Assembly: GCA_035221665.1 (NCBI GenBank)
Contig: CM069166.1
Coordinates: 1,488,001 to 1,552,000, forward strand
Direction: 5' to 3'
DNA length: 64,000 bases
Origin: Okamejei kenojei
Lineage: Eukaryota
Shown piece after piece: positions 42,030 to 56,106 of the stretch. The position numbers and the translations under genes are program-made. Numbering within the stretch: the first letter of the stretch is position 1; the number at the start of each line of letters is the position of its first letter. The notes beneath the pieces were generated by a model. That model worked only from the letters and a program-made list of their open reading frames with translations, was not told the DNA's origin and searched no databases.

Positions 42030-43200
42030 GTTCTGTTCAATAGTCTGATGACAGTGAGGAAGAAGCTGTTCCTGAATCTGGTGGTAGCTACTTTCAAGCT
42101 TTTTTATCTTCTGCCCAAATAAGTGAGGGGCGAAGAGGAAAGATCGGAGTGTAAATGGTTCTTCATTATATTGGCTGTTTTCCTGAGGCAGTGAAGTGTA
42201 GATGGAGTCAATGGGGGTGCAGAAGGAGGATGCTTTCTGTGATGGACTGGACTACATCCATAACTGCAATTTCTTGCACTCTTGGGCAGAGCTGTTGCCA
42301 AACCAAGCTGTGATGTATCCTGACAAGAATCCATAGGGCCACGCTGGACTTCCTTTGTCTTCTGAGGAAGTAGAAGCGTTGGTATACTTTCTTTGCTCTA
42401 GTTGGATCAGGATAAATTGTTGGTAATATTTATACCAAGTAACGTGAAAAACACGTTACTTGGCATCTGCAGATCAACACCATTGGGGCATGTACATCTT
42501 TTACTTTCCTGAAATTAATAACTAGCTCAGGGGTGGGGAACCTGCGGCCTTCTAGGCCATTAAGTGCGGCCTTTTGAATGAACCCAAATTTTGTAGAACA
42601 AATCTTTTTATTATTATTATTAATATATTTTTGTTTATCTTTTATTATTTTTATTTTAATCTTAAAATGAACGTATTTAAAATACCAAAGAGTAAAAGAA
42701 GATTCAATGAAATAATCCTCCCCGACTGGCAGCCACAATTAAAACATTAGTAAGACGAGAGGGCTATTTTAACCAAATAATATACATTTTGAAGTATATC
42801 TAATTGAAATTTCTTGGATGCGGCCTTATTAGATTACAGCTAACTTAATGCGGCATTCCGACATGAAAAGGTTCCCCACCCCTGAACTAGCTCCTTCATT
42901 TTGCTGGCTTTAAGGAACAGGTTGTTGTCTTGACACCATGTTACTAAGCTCTCTATCTCTTTACTGTACTCCCATTGTTTGAGATCTGGCCCATTATGGT
43001 GGTGTCACCTGCAAATTTGTAAATTGAGTTAAGAGCAGGATTAGCCACACAATTATGTGTGTGTGTGTGAGAGAGTATAGTAAGGAGCTTAGAACACATC
43101 TTAGCAGGACACAGGCATTGAGAATTATCATTGGACATTTTTTGTGGCCTATCCTTACCGATTCTAGGCGATGGGTGAGGATTTCAGAGGGGTGTGCTCA
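42030..43200 (-). mobile_element. Rex1/Babar-type LINE remnant, interrupted by a hAT MITE
   Basis: Minus translation NSIYKFAGDTTIMGQISNN resembles the RT FADDTT motif of Rex1/Babar. The 3' part matches 61790-62310. Confidence 0.65.
42528..42884. mobile_element. Non-autonomous hAT (Charlie-type) DNA transposon / MITE, 357 bp
   Basis: Perfect 16-bp TIRs caggggtggggaacct / aggttccccacccctg. 8-bp TSD aactagct (42520-42527, 42885-42892) with central TA. Confidence 0.92.
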
Positions 43201-43479
43201 GAGGTCCACGAGTTTGGAGTAAGTACTGGAAAGACCAAATGTAATGGATTTTATGATAACCTTTGTAAGATCAAATGCTGTCTCACTGAACATGAAGAAA
43301 GCTACTACCTTCAGATACAACTGATGTAGGGCTTTTGTTGATCTAGAGAGGACTGAAAAGCTTCTCCCCTCATTCTTGCTCTTACTGTATCTTCTCATAG
43401 CTGCCCAAGTGTGCATCTTCACCCTGTTGCTTTGCCTGCTTGTTCAGCCCTTGCTCCATCTTGGCCAGCAATAGACGAG

Positions 43480-43830
43480 TTTATATAATGGTCTAATTGT
43501 ACAAGGATAGCACAAAGTATGACAGCTTGTCCGTTTTGAGTACTGTACTGCTCTGCAAAGGCAGGGAAATTTCCATTTTGAACAATCCAGATGAATTTAT
43601 CCACCAACCAAATGGCAGTGGCTGTGATTGAGGCATTACTCATCTGGTGAGTTTGGGCTACAGCCAGTTGAGTAGGGATTATCCTTGTTGTCCAAAATGC
43701 AGGTTTCCGGACAGGATGGCATACAACATAAGGCAGCTGCAATTGACTAAAATGTTTAGGTGAGCTTGCACATTGCTGGGATTGGCCACACAGAGAACAT
43801 GGTCCCAAGCTGTTATTTACTTTGATGTAG
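43480..43830 (-). pseudogene. Highly decayed PIF/Harbinger-like transposase C-terminal remnant
   Basis: Across frameshifts the minus strand gives LDNKDNP..WL, N.S..AT...V, FKM.FPCL and CAIL.N, the order of Harbinger GDxGYP..WL / N..H...R..IE..FG.LK.RF.CL / C..LHN motifs. Read by eye only. Confidence 0.35.
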
Positions 43831-44437
43831 GAAGATGCATTGGCAATGGCTTAATAGAGCAAATCACCATGTTTGATTTTGTGGCATCTGAAAACCTAAA
43901 ATGGCCTGAGACTGCCAATGATTACTGCATAGTGGCAAGTAGCAAACAGTGATATGCAGCATACATCAACAGCTGCATGCTGGAATGAGCCCAAGACTAG
44001 GAGAGTGAGAGTGACCTTGACTGTGAGAGCCATGCAAGCTTATACGTAATGATTTAGGTCAAATATAAATGAAGGCTAGCTCGTGGAAACACAGCCTCTG
44101 CGGAGATTACTTCTGAGAAGAGTGGATTCAAATGAAGCCTAGGTGGACGGGGAATTAGGTACAGAGCCCTTATACACCTCGTGTGGCATGGTGTCAATGC
44201 CACCTGGGAAGCACTTTAGGTCATCCGTAAAGAGATTAGGTCAACATGAACAGGCACTGAAGGTCACTTTCAGTTTGGTCAGTCTTTAGTGTGAGTAATG
44301 TGCATAGTAAGGGGCATGTAGGGCACACAGTCATAAGATCACAAGTGATAGGAGCAGAATTAGGCCTGGTTGCAAATGTTGCTTTAATATGATTGACATT
44401 TATATATTATAAATGTTGGTTATAAAATCACATCAAT

Positions 44438-44465
44438 CTGAAGAAGGGTGTCGACCCGAAACGTC
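44438..44465 (+). ncRNA. Minimal type I hammerhead core (intact) in a PLE fragment (~44435-44530)
   Basis: CUGAAGA-A-GGGU(GUCG)ACCC-GAAA-CG-UC. Confidence 0.65.
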
Positions 44466-46809
44466 ACCTATTCTTTCGCTCCATAGATGCTGCCTTACCC
44501 GCTGAGTTTCTCCAGCATTTTTGTCTACCTTTATATATTATTTGAACCTTTAGCTTTAATGAAAGCCGGAATATCTAAGTGACAGTGGCAGTTATTTTTC
44601 ATGACTAACAACTGTAAATCTTGCTGACATTCAGGCAAGTTTGACAATGGAGAAGAGTAGCACCATTACGTGGACAAGGCTAGCAGTGGACATTAAGGCA
44701 GTAAGAAATGTATGATTGTGTCCCTCCATTTGGATGCAATTTTTCAACTGCAGAAGACCATTCTTTGGAACAGTGCAAACACATTTCTAGCTTCTGGATG
44801 CTTTGCAAAACTTGGCCCAGAGTGCAAATGCCTTGCAGAGTGTTTGCAGCAAATTCAGATTTTGTTTCAGTCTAATAACTTGCAAACCTGTCATAAAGCT
44901 TAATACTCAATTTTGCATAGTTGTTATGACAACACCAGGCTTCTGTCATCTTCTCCCTGTATCAATTATTTTGATGCTATTATTTGACTCCAGCTCTTCA
45001 GTGCTCTGTTTACATAGGAAGGGATAGATGAAAGTAGTAAAAAAGTGCTGCCATGTGCAACAGTCCACTGGGTAGAGGAACAAACCATAGGGAACAAGTC
45101 TGACAATGCACCTGCCTGCAAATTCAATTAAAGCAAGAACTATTGGTACACAACTGAAAATTACATGTTAGGGAAAAAACATCCAGTTTTAAGGTTTCTG
45201 GAAGTAAATGCACTGAAAACATAAAACCTTTGTAAATGAAGAGACTAACACACTAACACACCAAGCAGCAGTAATTCATGCAGCTTTGCAGGATGTGTAC
45301 GCTTCATCCAAACATACTATTTTCCGTTTAAGAGAGTGCGTGCGCGTGCATGAAAACAAAGAGAGAAATGTAAACTTTTCAGGTCATTGATCCAACATCA
45401 GATCTGTTATAAGAAATTATGCTGATTTTACATTTTTAATACAGGGTGGAGGAAAAATATATGCGATAGGGTGGAGACAAGGTTGTCCTGGTAATCTCAT
45501 TACATTGCTGGCCGACAGTGAAAAGAAACATGCTGGCAAAAAATCAAACATAAACATCCTGGAAACACCCTGCAGATCAGGCAGCATCTGTGGAAAGATA
45601 ACAAACGAGTGAATGTTAGAGGTGGATGGCCTTGTATCAGAATTGGCCAGGAAAAGCCATTCACCAGATATTGTTGAGCTCATCACTGCAACATACCAAG
45701 AGAGAAGACAAGGTGCTGAACTATGTGGTTGCAGTCTTTGCTTCCTGGGTAGCAATCACAATGCCATTTTTTCTCCTACTCCCAACCCGTGGATAAATCA
45801 AAGTTTTTTATACTCCCCCCCCCCCCCCCCAATGTGCTTTCTTCTTGATGTTCACCATCTGCCTGCCATTAAATATTTTATAACTAGAACTTGAGCTGAT
45901 AATTGGTGCTTCACTTCCAAAATGTTTTGTTCTGATCCATGGGAATCTCACAGATAACAATAATACAAATGTGTTAAAAACTGGAAATCAGAAAAATCAT
46001 TTGGATGAGCCAACCATTAAATAGAACATTTTGATTCATTGAGGGGAAATATTCATCTTGCCCTGCCATTTTGCAAAGTTCTTATGAAATCCTTCTAGAA
46101 TTGCAGCAATGTTCCTCAGTAGACCCCACCAAATATATTTACAGTTACTGCACTAGCTTTTCCAGATCAGTGTTCTACAAGTGCACACATGTAGAATATT
46201 GCCTAATCAAGAGTGCCCCAGAATGTGCCTGAAAATTATTCAGTTTCGGCATCACAGCCAAATCCAATCCTACACTCTCTCCGGCAATCACACGTCCATA
46301 TCACAGGAAAACAGTCGCAGAGAAAAGATAAAGGAAGCGCCCTCCAACCCATTTCCTTCTTCACACCTCATGGACTTATCCCTACATAAGGAGAGCCTTC
46401 TCCTTCGATTAGCTGTAATAGTTAGTACGAGTAGGAATCGGGAGCCAAAAGCTTATATTTGTGTGCTGGTGATATTGGGATAAAGTTTAGCAAAATCAGG
46501 TAGAATTTGATGTGGCCAAACTCCATCTGTTAAATAGCCAAATCTATATTCATTATCATCTCTTAACCTAGCCCTAAACATCATGTCATGTTTACACAAC
46601 TTCCCCCCTCCTAATCTCTGCCCACTCCTGCTCCAAATTCACCTTATCTGTTTATCACATGCACTAAACCCTCAACTCAAACTTGCTGACTTTCATTATA
46701 TATAGCCTGCATTCAAGAAAAGCTGATGATACAACATGACTAATGGACGACACAAGCTTTGCTGACCATAAGATCACAAGGGGCAAAATATTACTTTAAC
46801 AAACAAGTT

Positions 46810-47528
46810 TGGGTGTTTGATACACCAGTCATTGAAAGTAGGCATGCAGGTGCAGCAGGCAGTGAAGAAAGCGAATGGTATGTCAGCTTTCATAGCAAAA
46901 GGATTTGAGTATAGGAGCAGGGAGGTTCTACTTCAGTTGTATAGGGTCTTGGTGACACCACACCTGGAGTATTGCGTACAGTTCTGGTCTCCAAATCTGA
47001 GGAAGGACATTATTGCCATGGAGGGAGTGCAGAGAAGGTTCACCAGACTGATTCCTGGGATGTTAGGACTGTCTTATGAAGAAAGACTGGATAGACTCGG
47101 TTTATACTCTCTAGAATATAGGAGATTGAGAGGGGATCTTATAGAAACTTACAAAATTCTTAAGGGGTTGGACAGGCTAGATGCAGGAAGATTGTTCCCG
47201 ATGTTGGGGAAGTCCAGGACAAGGGGTCACAGCTTAAGGATAAGGGGGAAATCCTTTAAGACCGAGATGAGAAATATTTTTTTCACACAGAGAGTGGTGA
47301 GTCTCTGGAACTCTCTGCCACAGAGGGTAGTTGAGGCCAGTTCATTGGCTATATTTAAGAGGGAGTTAGATGTGGCCCTTGTGGGTAAGGGGATCAGGGG
47401 GTATGGAGAGAAGGCAGGTACGGGATACTGAGTTGGATGATCAGCCATGAACATATTGAATGGCGGTGCAGGCTCGAAGGGCCAAATGGCCTACTCCTGC
47501 ACCTAATTTCTATGTTTCTATGTTTCTA
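46810..47528 (+). mobile_element. Young 5'-truncated CR1 (HER1-like) LINE; open RT C-terminal frame at 46817-47431
   Basis: 204-aa uninterrupted frame (QVQQAVKKANGM..LQLYRVLVTPHLEYCVQFWSP..RRLRGDLIETYKIL..TRGHSL), 3' UTR and (ttctatgt)n tail. Confidence 0.93.
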
Positions 47529-50414
47529 AGTGTTAATGTGACAAGTGGAATGCAAAAATAGTCCACGGAATCTCTAAAATGGTAAATAAAAGTTGTTTTC
47601 CGATCTGGTTGCAGAAAGATATGGGGATGTTCGAATAAAAAAGTGGATGTAGTCAATTATCAAGATTAAGGTAGTTGTCACATGAGTTACAACTAACAAG
47701 CAGAACACCCACTGCATCCTACATCACTATATTCAGTAACCTATCCCAACAGATTGCAACTTCTTGGAACTATGCAAAAATAAAACTTGGAAAATTCCTC
47801 TGACTCATCATTTAGGTAATCATAATTACTCCAGCTTTGACAATTCTCTGTGGAATCTACCTTTGTAGACGTCTAAGGCCATTTCCACCCTAGACAATTA
47901 AAATATTCTTTCATTGAGGAATTTAGTAAATTAGTTTTGCCACTAACCACCTGGAACCGGATTCTCTGGAAAGTCTTGCTTCCTGACATCTAAACCACTT
48001 CCGTTAATTTAAATACAATTTAATCCCTTTATAACGAGTAGAGTCAGAAAAGTACACGCACCTCTAAAATATTAGCTAGCTTTGTTATTTCAGATTAGGG
48101 AAGGGCAATTAAAATGACCAAAGGCTTCATTTTGTATAAGGATATTGTTATTTAACTAGCTCCACATCCCATTCACTCTGGGTAGGAGCTATTTAACCTG
48201 TCATGCTTGCTCTGGCTTTGAACAAGATCTTTCAAATCAGTGACATAACTACTACATCGACATTTTTCCTACGCCCCTTAATATAGAAACATAGAAAAAT
48301 AGGTGCAGTAGGCCCTTTGAGCCAGCACCGCCATTCAATATGATCATGGCTGCATCCAAAATCAGCGCCCCGTTCCTGCCTTTTCCCCATATTCCTTGAT
48401 TCCTTTAGCCCTAAGAGCTAAATCTAACTCTCTTGAAAACATATTTTCTTGGTATAAATTTTAGCTATCATTTCACAGTATTGCTCATGAATCCAAGAAG
48501 TCCGGGTACAATAAAGCAGATTTCTACTCTCCCTGCTTTGTTTTATTATTTCTCCAAGTTTTCGTGCATGGTTAGCCTTTATACACTCAACTGAACAAAA
48601 CTACTCTATTCCATTAACATAGTCACAATGTTGAGAAATAGCCAAGATGAACATGTATATATATGTAAAAATGTGACACTCAAAAAGTTGAAATTGAGGG
48701 AAAAGGGCAAGGTACAGATTTCAAGCTGTTTAAAGGAGTGACACGTTTTCATAGATCCCAGTAGACAAGAGTCAAGAGTGTTTTATGGTTATATGTCCAA
48801 AATGGAACAATGACATTTTTACTTGCAGCATCATGACAAGAATATCAAGAAGGAGATGTGGGCAAGGAGTAGGTGCCTATAAATTGGATTTCACTTTTCT
48901 TCTCTGGAGAAATATTGTGTGGCACTATCACGCAATAGAGTCCCTTGCAAGACTGCGACACAAAAAGATAAAAGAAACTACACCCCGGTGTTGGGGTGGT
49001 TTTTACCTCAAAAGATGTATTGCATTATACTTTGCCGAACATCACAGAGCAGATCATAAACCTGAAAATTTATAATCCTCATGACAGCCAAACAGCAGGA
49101 CCAAGGGGATGAGAAAGGATATCAAGGGCTTTGTGAAAATGGAGAAAAGGGTGTTGCGACCATTAGTTTTGTTGTTGTGAACATCAAGTACCTTGATCAG
49201 CCCAGCAAGGTTGAGGTGATGCTAGTGTATTCCAGTAATATCAATTCAAAGACTATCATAGGTTGAATCCCCAAATCACCCATAACGTTTGAACATTATT
49301 TAATAAATAATTACCGAAAATAATTCATCAGCATGGTAAAAAGCTAATTACTATAACAGGTTTTCAGTGTCATTGTTCCAAAGCCACTTTCTTTACCCTT
49401 TTTCCACAGGAAATAGTTGGCCTATAGCAAATTTATGATGACACACAGAACTTCAGATGCTGGTTTACAAAACAAAGTGCTGGAGTAACACAGTGGGTCA
49501 GGCAGCATCACTAGACAACATGGATAGGTGAAGTTTTGAGTTGGAACCCTTCTTCAGATTGGAGAAGGCTTTTGATCCATGTCCTCCAGAGATGGTGCCT
49601 GACCTGCTGAGTTACCCCAGCAAGTTTATGATGGTCAGCTGGATTACTGAACATTCCTATTATCACGAGTGGCATCTCCCAGCCTAGTAATGACATTGAC
49701 CCGAGTTCAACTAATTTCCTTTCTCATTGTCACATTTGTTCTCTATTTTGTTCAGCATCCAAAAAGAAAACCTAGCATTCCAAAGTTCCATGGTACAGCT
49801 TTCCTTGCTTCTATTAGAAGTTCACATAATCTTTCCTTCGGTACTTAAATGTGACCTTGATGTACCCCAATATCTCATTCACATTTCGTTAAACATCAAG
49901 GAAGTAGATTACTATTCCCAGCCAAATACCAGATGTCCTGCTGCCCGTGCCACATGAGTAGCAACCCAGTTCCAGAAACCTAGAGAAATAGAGGTGATGA
50001 GGGAAGAATGTTTAAATGCCAAGAAAATGACCAGGGAAAGCAAGCAACAAGCGTTACAAGCAGTGGGGAGTGTTGGACGTTATCCTGAATGCGTTCCCCT
50101 ACGACTTCAATTGCAGACTGGACAAGTAGCAGTGTCAAGTTTCAAATGGGAGAGAATGCATTGCATGACTACACCATTTAATCCAGCAAGCAGCTTTCAA
50201 TATCAAATGCCAATGCACTGGAAATGTTCTCACAAGATCAATACCCTTGCCCTCTATAACAATGCAACTCTTATTCAGCTCAATGTGCAGTGCTACAGCT
50301 TAGCTATGGTCAATGCCATAACAACTGAACCTGGTATCATCACTCCTCCCTCCTATTTTGCAAATAATTATCAGCGCACCAGAAATAAACACAGCCCTTG
50401 AATTGGTAACACAA

Positions 50415-50592
50415 AGAGGAAGAAGACTGGACTTTATTGCCTCCCATCACAGTGAGGAGCGTAGGGAATCCACTGTGGTGGATGTTTACGTAGTTGTGTG
50501 TCCTGTTATTTTTTAGTATGGCTGTACGGTAATTCGTATTTCACTGTGCCTTAATTGGTACACGTTACAATAAACTGACCTTGAAACCTGAA
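50415..50592 (+). mobile_element. Short retroposon (same family as 13490-13817)
   Basis: ccatcacagtg...cactgtggtggatgttta...tttcactgtgccttaattggtacacgttacaataaa. Confidence 0.6.
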
Positions 50593-50949
50593 CATTACAT
50601 TTATACAATTTTGCTGCTAGTTTGCGAATGGAAAAAAGAGCTTATAAAAGGTGTGACATAAATCAACTGAAAATTTAAAATTATCACATCCTATCTGCAA
50701 AAAACAAATTTAATTCTGAATAATCCCAGAAAGATGCCAGGAAAAGTTCTAGGTTTGAATGAAATAAACTTTGGAACAAGACTGCCACCTACGGGACATC
50801 ACGTGTCAAAGCCAACTGTTTACTGTTAGCACAAATCTAACCTCTTTACAATTTGTAGAAAAAACACTTTACCAACTGCACTCAACAAATATGATGTTCA
50901 CAAATTTTACATCACTATCCACAGATGAAGTAAAACTGATAAATGAGTA

Positions 50950-51290
50950 AAGGGCTTGAATCGGCCCGTTCGCAGGACTTTTCCTCGCCTGGCTTGGCTT
51001 AGCAGCGGGATCTTCCATTGCCCGGCAGGGCTTCAATATCGGGAGCCTCGATCGCCTCGACGCAGCAGTTTGACTGCCTGACCGCGGGAGAAGAAGCAAG
51101 GAAGAGATAAGACTTTTTTCACCTTCCATCACAGTGAGGAGGTGCCTGGAGGAGAGTCACTGTAATGGATGTTTATGTTAAATTTATGCAATTATGAGTT
51201 TTGTTTGCTTTTTATTATTATGACTGTATGGTGACGACATTTCATTCAAATTTTCTTTTTTTGAATGACAAATAAATTCAATTCAATTCA
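50950..51290 (+). mobile_element. CpG-rich longer copy of the same retroposon family, with a different 3' tail and (ttcaa)n end
   Basis: gaccgcgggagaag...tccatcacagtga...tcactgtaatggatgtttatg...tatgactgtatggt, then tttcattcaaa..tttgaatgacaaataaattcaattcaattcaa. Confidence 0.6.
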
Positions 51291-51344
51291 AAAAGATGCA
51301 ATATGTCAGCTGCAGCATTTTGACAACATTTTTGCCGTGAATTT

Positions 51345-51600
51345 AATTTAATTTAGAGATACAATAAGGAAACGGGTCCTTTGGCCCACTGGGTCCACGC
51401 TGGCCATCGATACTAGTTCTATGTTATCCCACTTTCTCATCCACTTCCATCGCACTAGGGACAATTTACACAGGCCAATTAACCTACAAACCCACACATC
51501 TTTTGGATGTGGGAGGAGACCACAGCACCCAGAGGAAACATGATCACAGGGAGAACACCCAAACTCCGCACAGACAGCGCCCAAGGTTAGGATCGAACCT
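51345..51600 (-). mobile_element. HE1/V-SINE-like SINE
   Basis: tttagagatacaataaggaaacggg tail; ggatgtgggagg...caaactccgcacagacagcgcccaaggttaggatcgaacc core and B-box. Confidence 0.75.
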
Positions 51601-54600
51601 GTATATTTAAACAGCAATAAGTCACTATTTTACAATATGCCAAGACTGGCCAAAATGATAGTGCAGAATTAAATGAGAGCTAAAAGACAACACTTGATTT
51701 ATTAAAAGAGACAAGTGAAAATTGTGGTAAACATCATCTAGTGAGCACAGGGGTTTAACCAAGATTGTTGGTGACGTTATAATTTACAAGTCACAGAGCT
51801 TGAGAAAGCTGCAATATCAGCAAGGTTATCATGTACAGACATAGCAAAGACAGATATGTGCCTCTGTTATCATGAGCTGTTTGCAATCATTAAAATAATA
51901 TTTATGAATTCAAAACAAAATAACCGAAACGTTGCCTATTTCCTTCGCTCCATAGATTATGCCTCACCCGCTGAATTTCTCCAGCACCTTTGTCTACCCA
52001 ATACCATAATGATGACCATCTTATAAACGATATGTCATATCACCAGAAAGAGCTAAAGTGGAGTTTAATAAAACAAAGCAGCACAGGTACCAACAGTTTA
52101 GACAAAAAAACAAATAGCCCTTTTAAAATAAGTACTTTTAACATGGTTCAAATGTCACAGAGCTTTATTGGATAAAATAGAACAAACAACCATACAAAAT
52201 ATGTGAATGAATGCATCATCAGCAATTTACTTGAATCATATCTTAAAACTAAATGTAAACGTTTAAGACATCGACAGCTTAAAGGATTGCCAACGTAGAT
52301 GTGTAAAAGGAAATCAGCAATGTGCAAGAGGCTAGAGTTGAGGAATGCAAAGATTCTGGCTTGTAGGGCTGCATCAGAATATAGAAACAGGCAACAGCAA
52401 GGCTTAATATGCAAACACCACATTTAATTATTGCTGGACTGAGAGCCAATATAGATCATTAAGATGGAGTATTGGTGGGTTAATAAGAGTTCGTGCATGC
52501 AAGGAAACCAGGAGGAAAATTTCAGATGTTTATGTTTATATAGGCTGAATAGAGATGGAGATTTTCAACTGAAGGTTTTACAGACAGACAGACAAGGACA
52601 ATTCTAATGATGGAGAAAGCATAGGATTGGAAGCTTAACAGGATTAGATAGTGCACAAAGATTATAACAGTCTGGCTTAGTGTTGGGAGTTGCATGGGAG
52701 AGGGATATGAATGAATGAATAAATGAATAAGTTTATAGGCCAAGTATTCACATACAAGAAATTTGCTTTGGTGCTCCGCCCACAAGTGACAACATGACAT
52801 ACAGTGACAGTTACACATAAAACATTAAACATTAATAATAAAATATATCCAGTGGGTGGGGAAGTAAGTCAGTGGCACAAAGTGAAGACAATAATTGTAG
52901 CTATAAATATTTAACCAAACCAAGTTTCCACTCAACTGATACTGGAGTAAGTAACTCGACAAACCAAACAGCATCAAGTAAATGCCACCACAAATGAATT
53001 GTATATTTGCATGAATACCTCAGGAGCACAATGACTCCCATGAATATCTAGGTTTGTTTCAACACCTTTCCTCAAAACAGAACCAAGAATTTTAAACACA
53101 GTGGACCAAAGGCCAAAACGGGCCATCACAAGCAATTTTTCTTCCAGAAAATGAAAATTTCAGCTTAACTTTCAAGCAGGCTGTCCCACCTGCCTCAACC
53201 TAACCTTCAATCCCAATCACTAATATCTTATACTTTAACAAGATATATTTCTGCTTTAAAAATTTTAAGTCGGGGAAAATAAAATGCTTCAAAATAGAGG
53301 CACAGACTTGGTGACCATTATTTTTGGTCAACATATAAAAATACTGATATTGCACAAATTCCAGTAAACAAACACAGTCGTTGAAAATGTCTCAGTTAAT
53401 AGTAATTTTACATGACATTTTAATTATAGTCATCTTTGCTATTTTTTCATCATGTACATTTCACAGAAGTTATTTTAAGTCTTTCTTCCAATGTAAGCTT
53501 TTATTGTGATTTTTCCATTTCAAATGAGAATAATTAATTTCTAAAGTATTGCTCCTTTAACAGTCATCATTCCTCTTCACTCTGGCTGGCGCGAGATTCC
53601 ATTCCTGGCTTGACTTTCAAGTTGTTCCACCTTCAAAAGGAGAAACAGAAGAAGCTCCTCCACAGGGCTAGAAACAAGGGTGTCTGATTAGGAAAATAAA
53701 CCACACAGAATAAGCACAAACTCAGAAGCGCTCAGTGCAGTGTTGACACCATGAGAAGAAGCACGGTCGACCGGCTACTTAAACCAGACTAAAGTCAGCT
53801 ACAGAGGAAAGCCAGAAACCAATGTTTTTAAGAATGCAGATGATAATGACAAGCGTCTAAATTTGCCAGGTCCACTAAGCAAGAGAGGCACCACCACACT
53901 TAGATGAAACTCTCAAATGAAACATGCACAATTAAATTATAATCAGAAATCAGCAAAATGTAGCAGCAATAAGATCAGTTCCAAACAAGCTTTTACCCCC
54001 AAATCGAGTCAACACCCAACTCATACAGGCAGCGGCTTCCTGGCAGAGTACAATGGTTTCCAATACAGAGCACAAAAGTCACCATGAAAGGATAACACTT
54101 GTTTCCCCAAACTGTGGGCCAAGGAGTCCTCAAATCAAATATAAATGGTGTTACATTTTCACATTGTTATGGGTGAAACCTTTGGGCAAGATCTTTGGAA
54201 ATAATTACTCTTTCCATTTGTGGCTGATGGCTGCATTTCTGTAATCGGAAGTCAAAAATCTTGAATGTAATTAAAATAGCTAAGAACATGGATTTTAATT
54301 TGATATATGGTTTCACCACCTCCCTAATCACACTCACCTCACGAGAACGTACATAACATTGAAAAACAAATCGGTATTGTGTGGTTAAACATTCTTCCAT
54401 TCCTGGAATTATATTGCAAATCTAGCTCAATGGAATAAAAATGTGTATGAATTCTGCATGAACCAAGTTTGAATCACTTGAATCTTGTGGCTACATATCA
54501 AGGTATCTACATCGGTGTTGTTAGTTTGTCCTCCGATGCTGTGAGAGACTGCTGTGTATTTTAAACACTGTGATTTGACCAGGTCAGAGGAAGAAACAGG

Positions 54601-55896
54601 GTGAATAATTGACTAATTACTGAGGCCCCATCACCAACTCATTCACACCATACAGCACAATGTTAAGAGTTATGCATTTGCAGAATAAAGGTTACCAAAG
54701 TCACTAAAGCGTACAATAAAAATTAATTCAAGACAGTTAGCTGCAGTTAGAGGCAATTAAAATCTTGTTGAATTTGGTGAATGTAGAAAAACAGATTTGG
54801 AGCATGCAAAAATAAATCAAGTTGTAATAACATAAGATCATAAGACATGGGAGCAAAATTAGGCCATTCGGTCCATCGAGTATACTCTGCCATTCAATCA
54901 CGGTTGACCTATTTGTCTCTCTCTAGCCCATTCTCATGTGAATTTCATGAATATGTGAATTTCTTGTTTCACATGAAATTCACGTGAAATAACAGCTGTG
55001 ACCCACCATTCAATACAAGCATAAATTATATTTTTCTCATCAGTGCCACTTTCTTGCACAGAACGCTTACCCATTGACGCTCGGAATATCCAAAAGTAGA
55101 TTCATTTTCATCCTAATATATTCAGCAACCGGGTAGATAATTCCTAAAATTCAATAGTTTCAAGGTAAATAGACTTTGTTCCATCTGTTCCGAATGATCA
55201 GGTCCCTTATTTCAAGGTCAGTTCTTGTTCTTGCCCCCACCCAACTAGCCTGGGGAACACACCCTCAAGATTTTTTAAAATATATGTTTCAATGGATTGT
55301 CCCATTCTTCTAAACCCAAGTCTAAGGAGCCTCTGCTTAACATGTTGCAAATCATAATTGCACTCCCTTCATCATATGTATATACTTCTGTAGATTGCGA
55401 TCATACGTGTATACAATTTTCCAGAAGCAGTATTACTGAAATCAGATTTTCCAGAAGCAGTATTACTGAAATCAGTGTTAGATGGAGTCAAATCCTAATG
55501 CAGTCACGGCTAACATGTCATCCAAATACTTGCACTGAACCTTATTTCCTTTTAAAACAATGCTCTGTAGGCATATATTTAGTGAAAGATCTTCCTTACC
55601 ACTGATAATCTGGTCTGTAGTCCTTCAAGGAGCAGTGTTAAAATTGCTATATTCCATTGTGTGGGAACCATTTTAGAATCCATTAAATGTTAGAAGATTT
55701 CATCTGCCTATCTCTTTCAAATTTTTGGATGCAGTTTGTTGATTGCTGTCCCCCCATTAGTTTCTCCAAAAAACTTCATACAAAAAAATCTATTTTCTGC
55801 AATTTCTCATTTAACACCACTCCCTATTATTTACATTTTCTGTCTCTTCATTGCAATGATAGATAATGTATGTTTATTTGGAATGTGGAATGTTTA

Positions 55897-56106
55897 TGTG
55901 GAATTCTCTGCCTCAGAGGGCGGTGGAGGCAGGTTCTCTGGATGCTTTCAAGAGAGAGCTAGATAGGGCTCTTAAAAATAGTGGAGTCAGGGGATATGGG
56001 GAGAAGGCAGGAACGGGGTACTGATTGGGGATGATCAGCCATGATCACATTGAATGACGGTGCTGGCTCGAAGGGCCGAATGGCCTCCTCCTGCACCTAT
56101 TGTCTA
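55897..56106 (+). mobile_element. CR1 LINE 3' fragment
   Basis: tgtggaattctctgcctcagagggcggtggaggc...ggctcgaagggccgaatggcctcctcctgcacctattgtctatt. Confidence 0.85.

Noticed and set aside
46817-47431. 204-aa ORF as a host gene
   Set aside because: It is the RT C-terminal part of a 5'-truncated CR1 LINE with its 3' UTR and tail, and similar copies occur elsewhere in the window.
54338-54400. Minus-strand MEECLTTQYRFVFQCYVRSRE ending at a perfect GAG|gtgagt donor
   Set aside because: It ends in phase 0, unlike the other candidate exons, with no coding bias. It could be a non-coding exon but is unsupported.
54935-54986. 15-bp inverted repeat catgtgaatttcatg/catgaaattcacgtg
   Set aside because: Single short occurrence at a CR1 truncation point, with no TSD or second copy to support a MITE.
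55416-55475. Exact 30-bp tandem duplication (similar small ones at ~22835-22882 and ~37413-37457)
   Set aside because: Ordinary local slippage duplications within decayed repeats, with no further structure.
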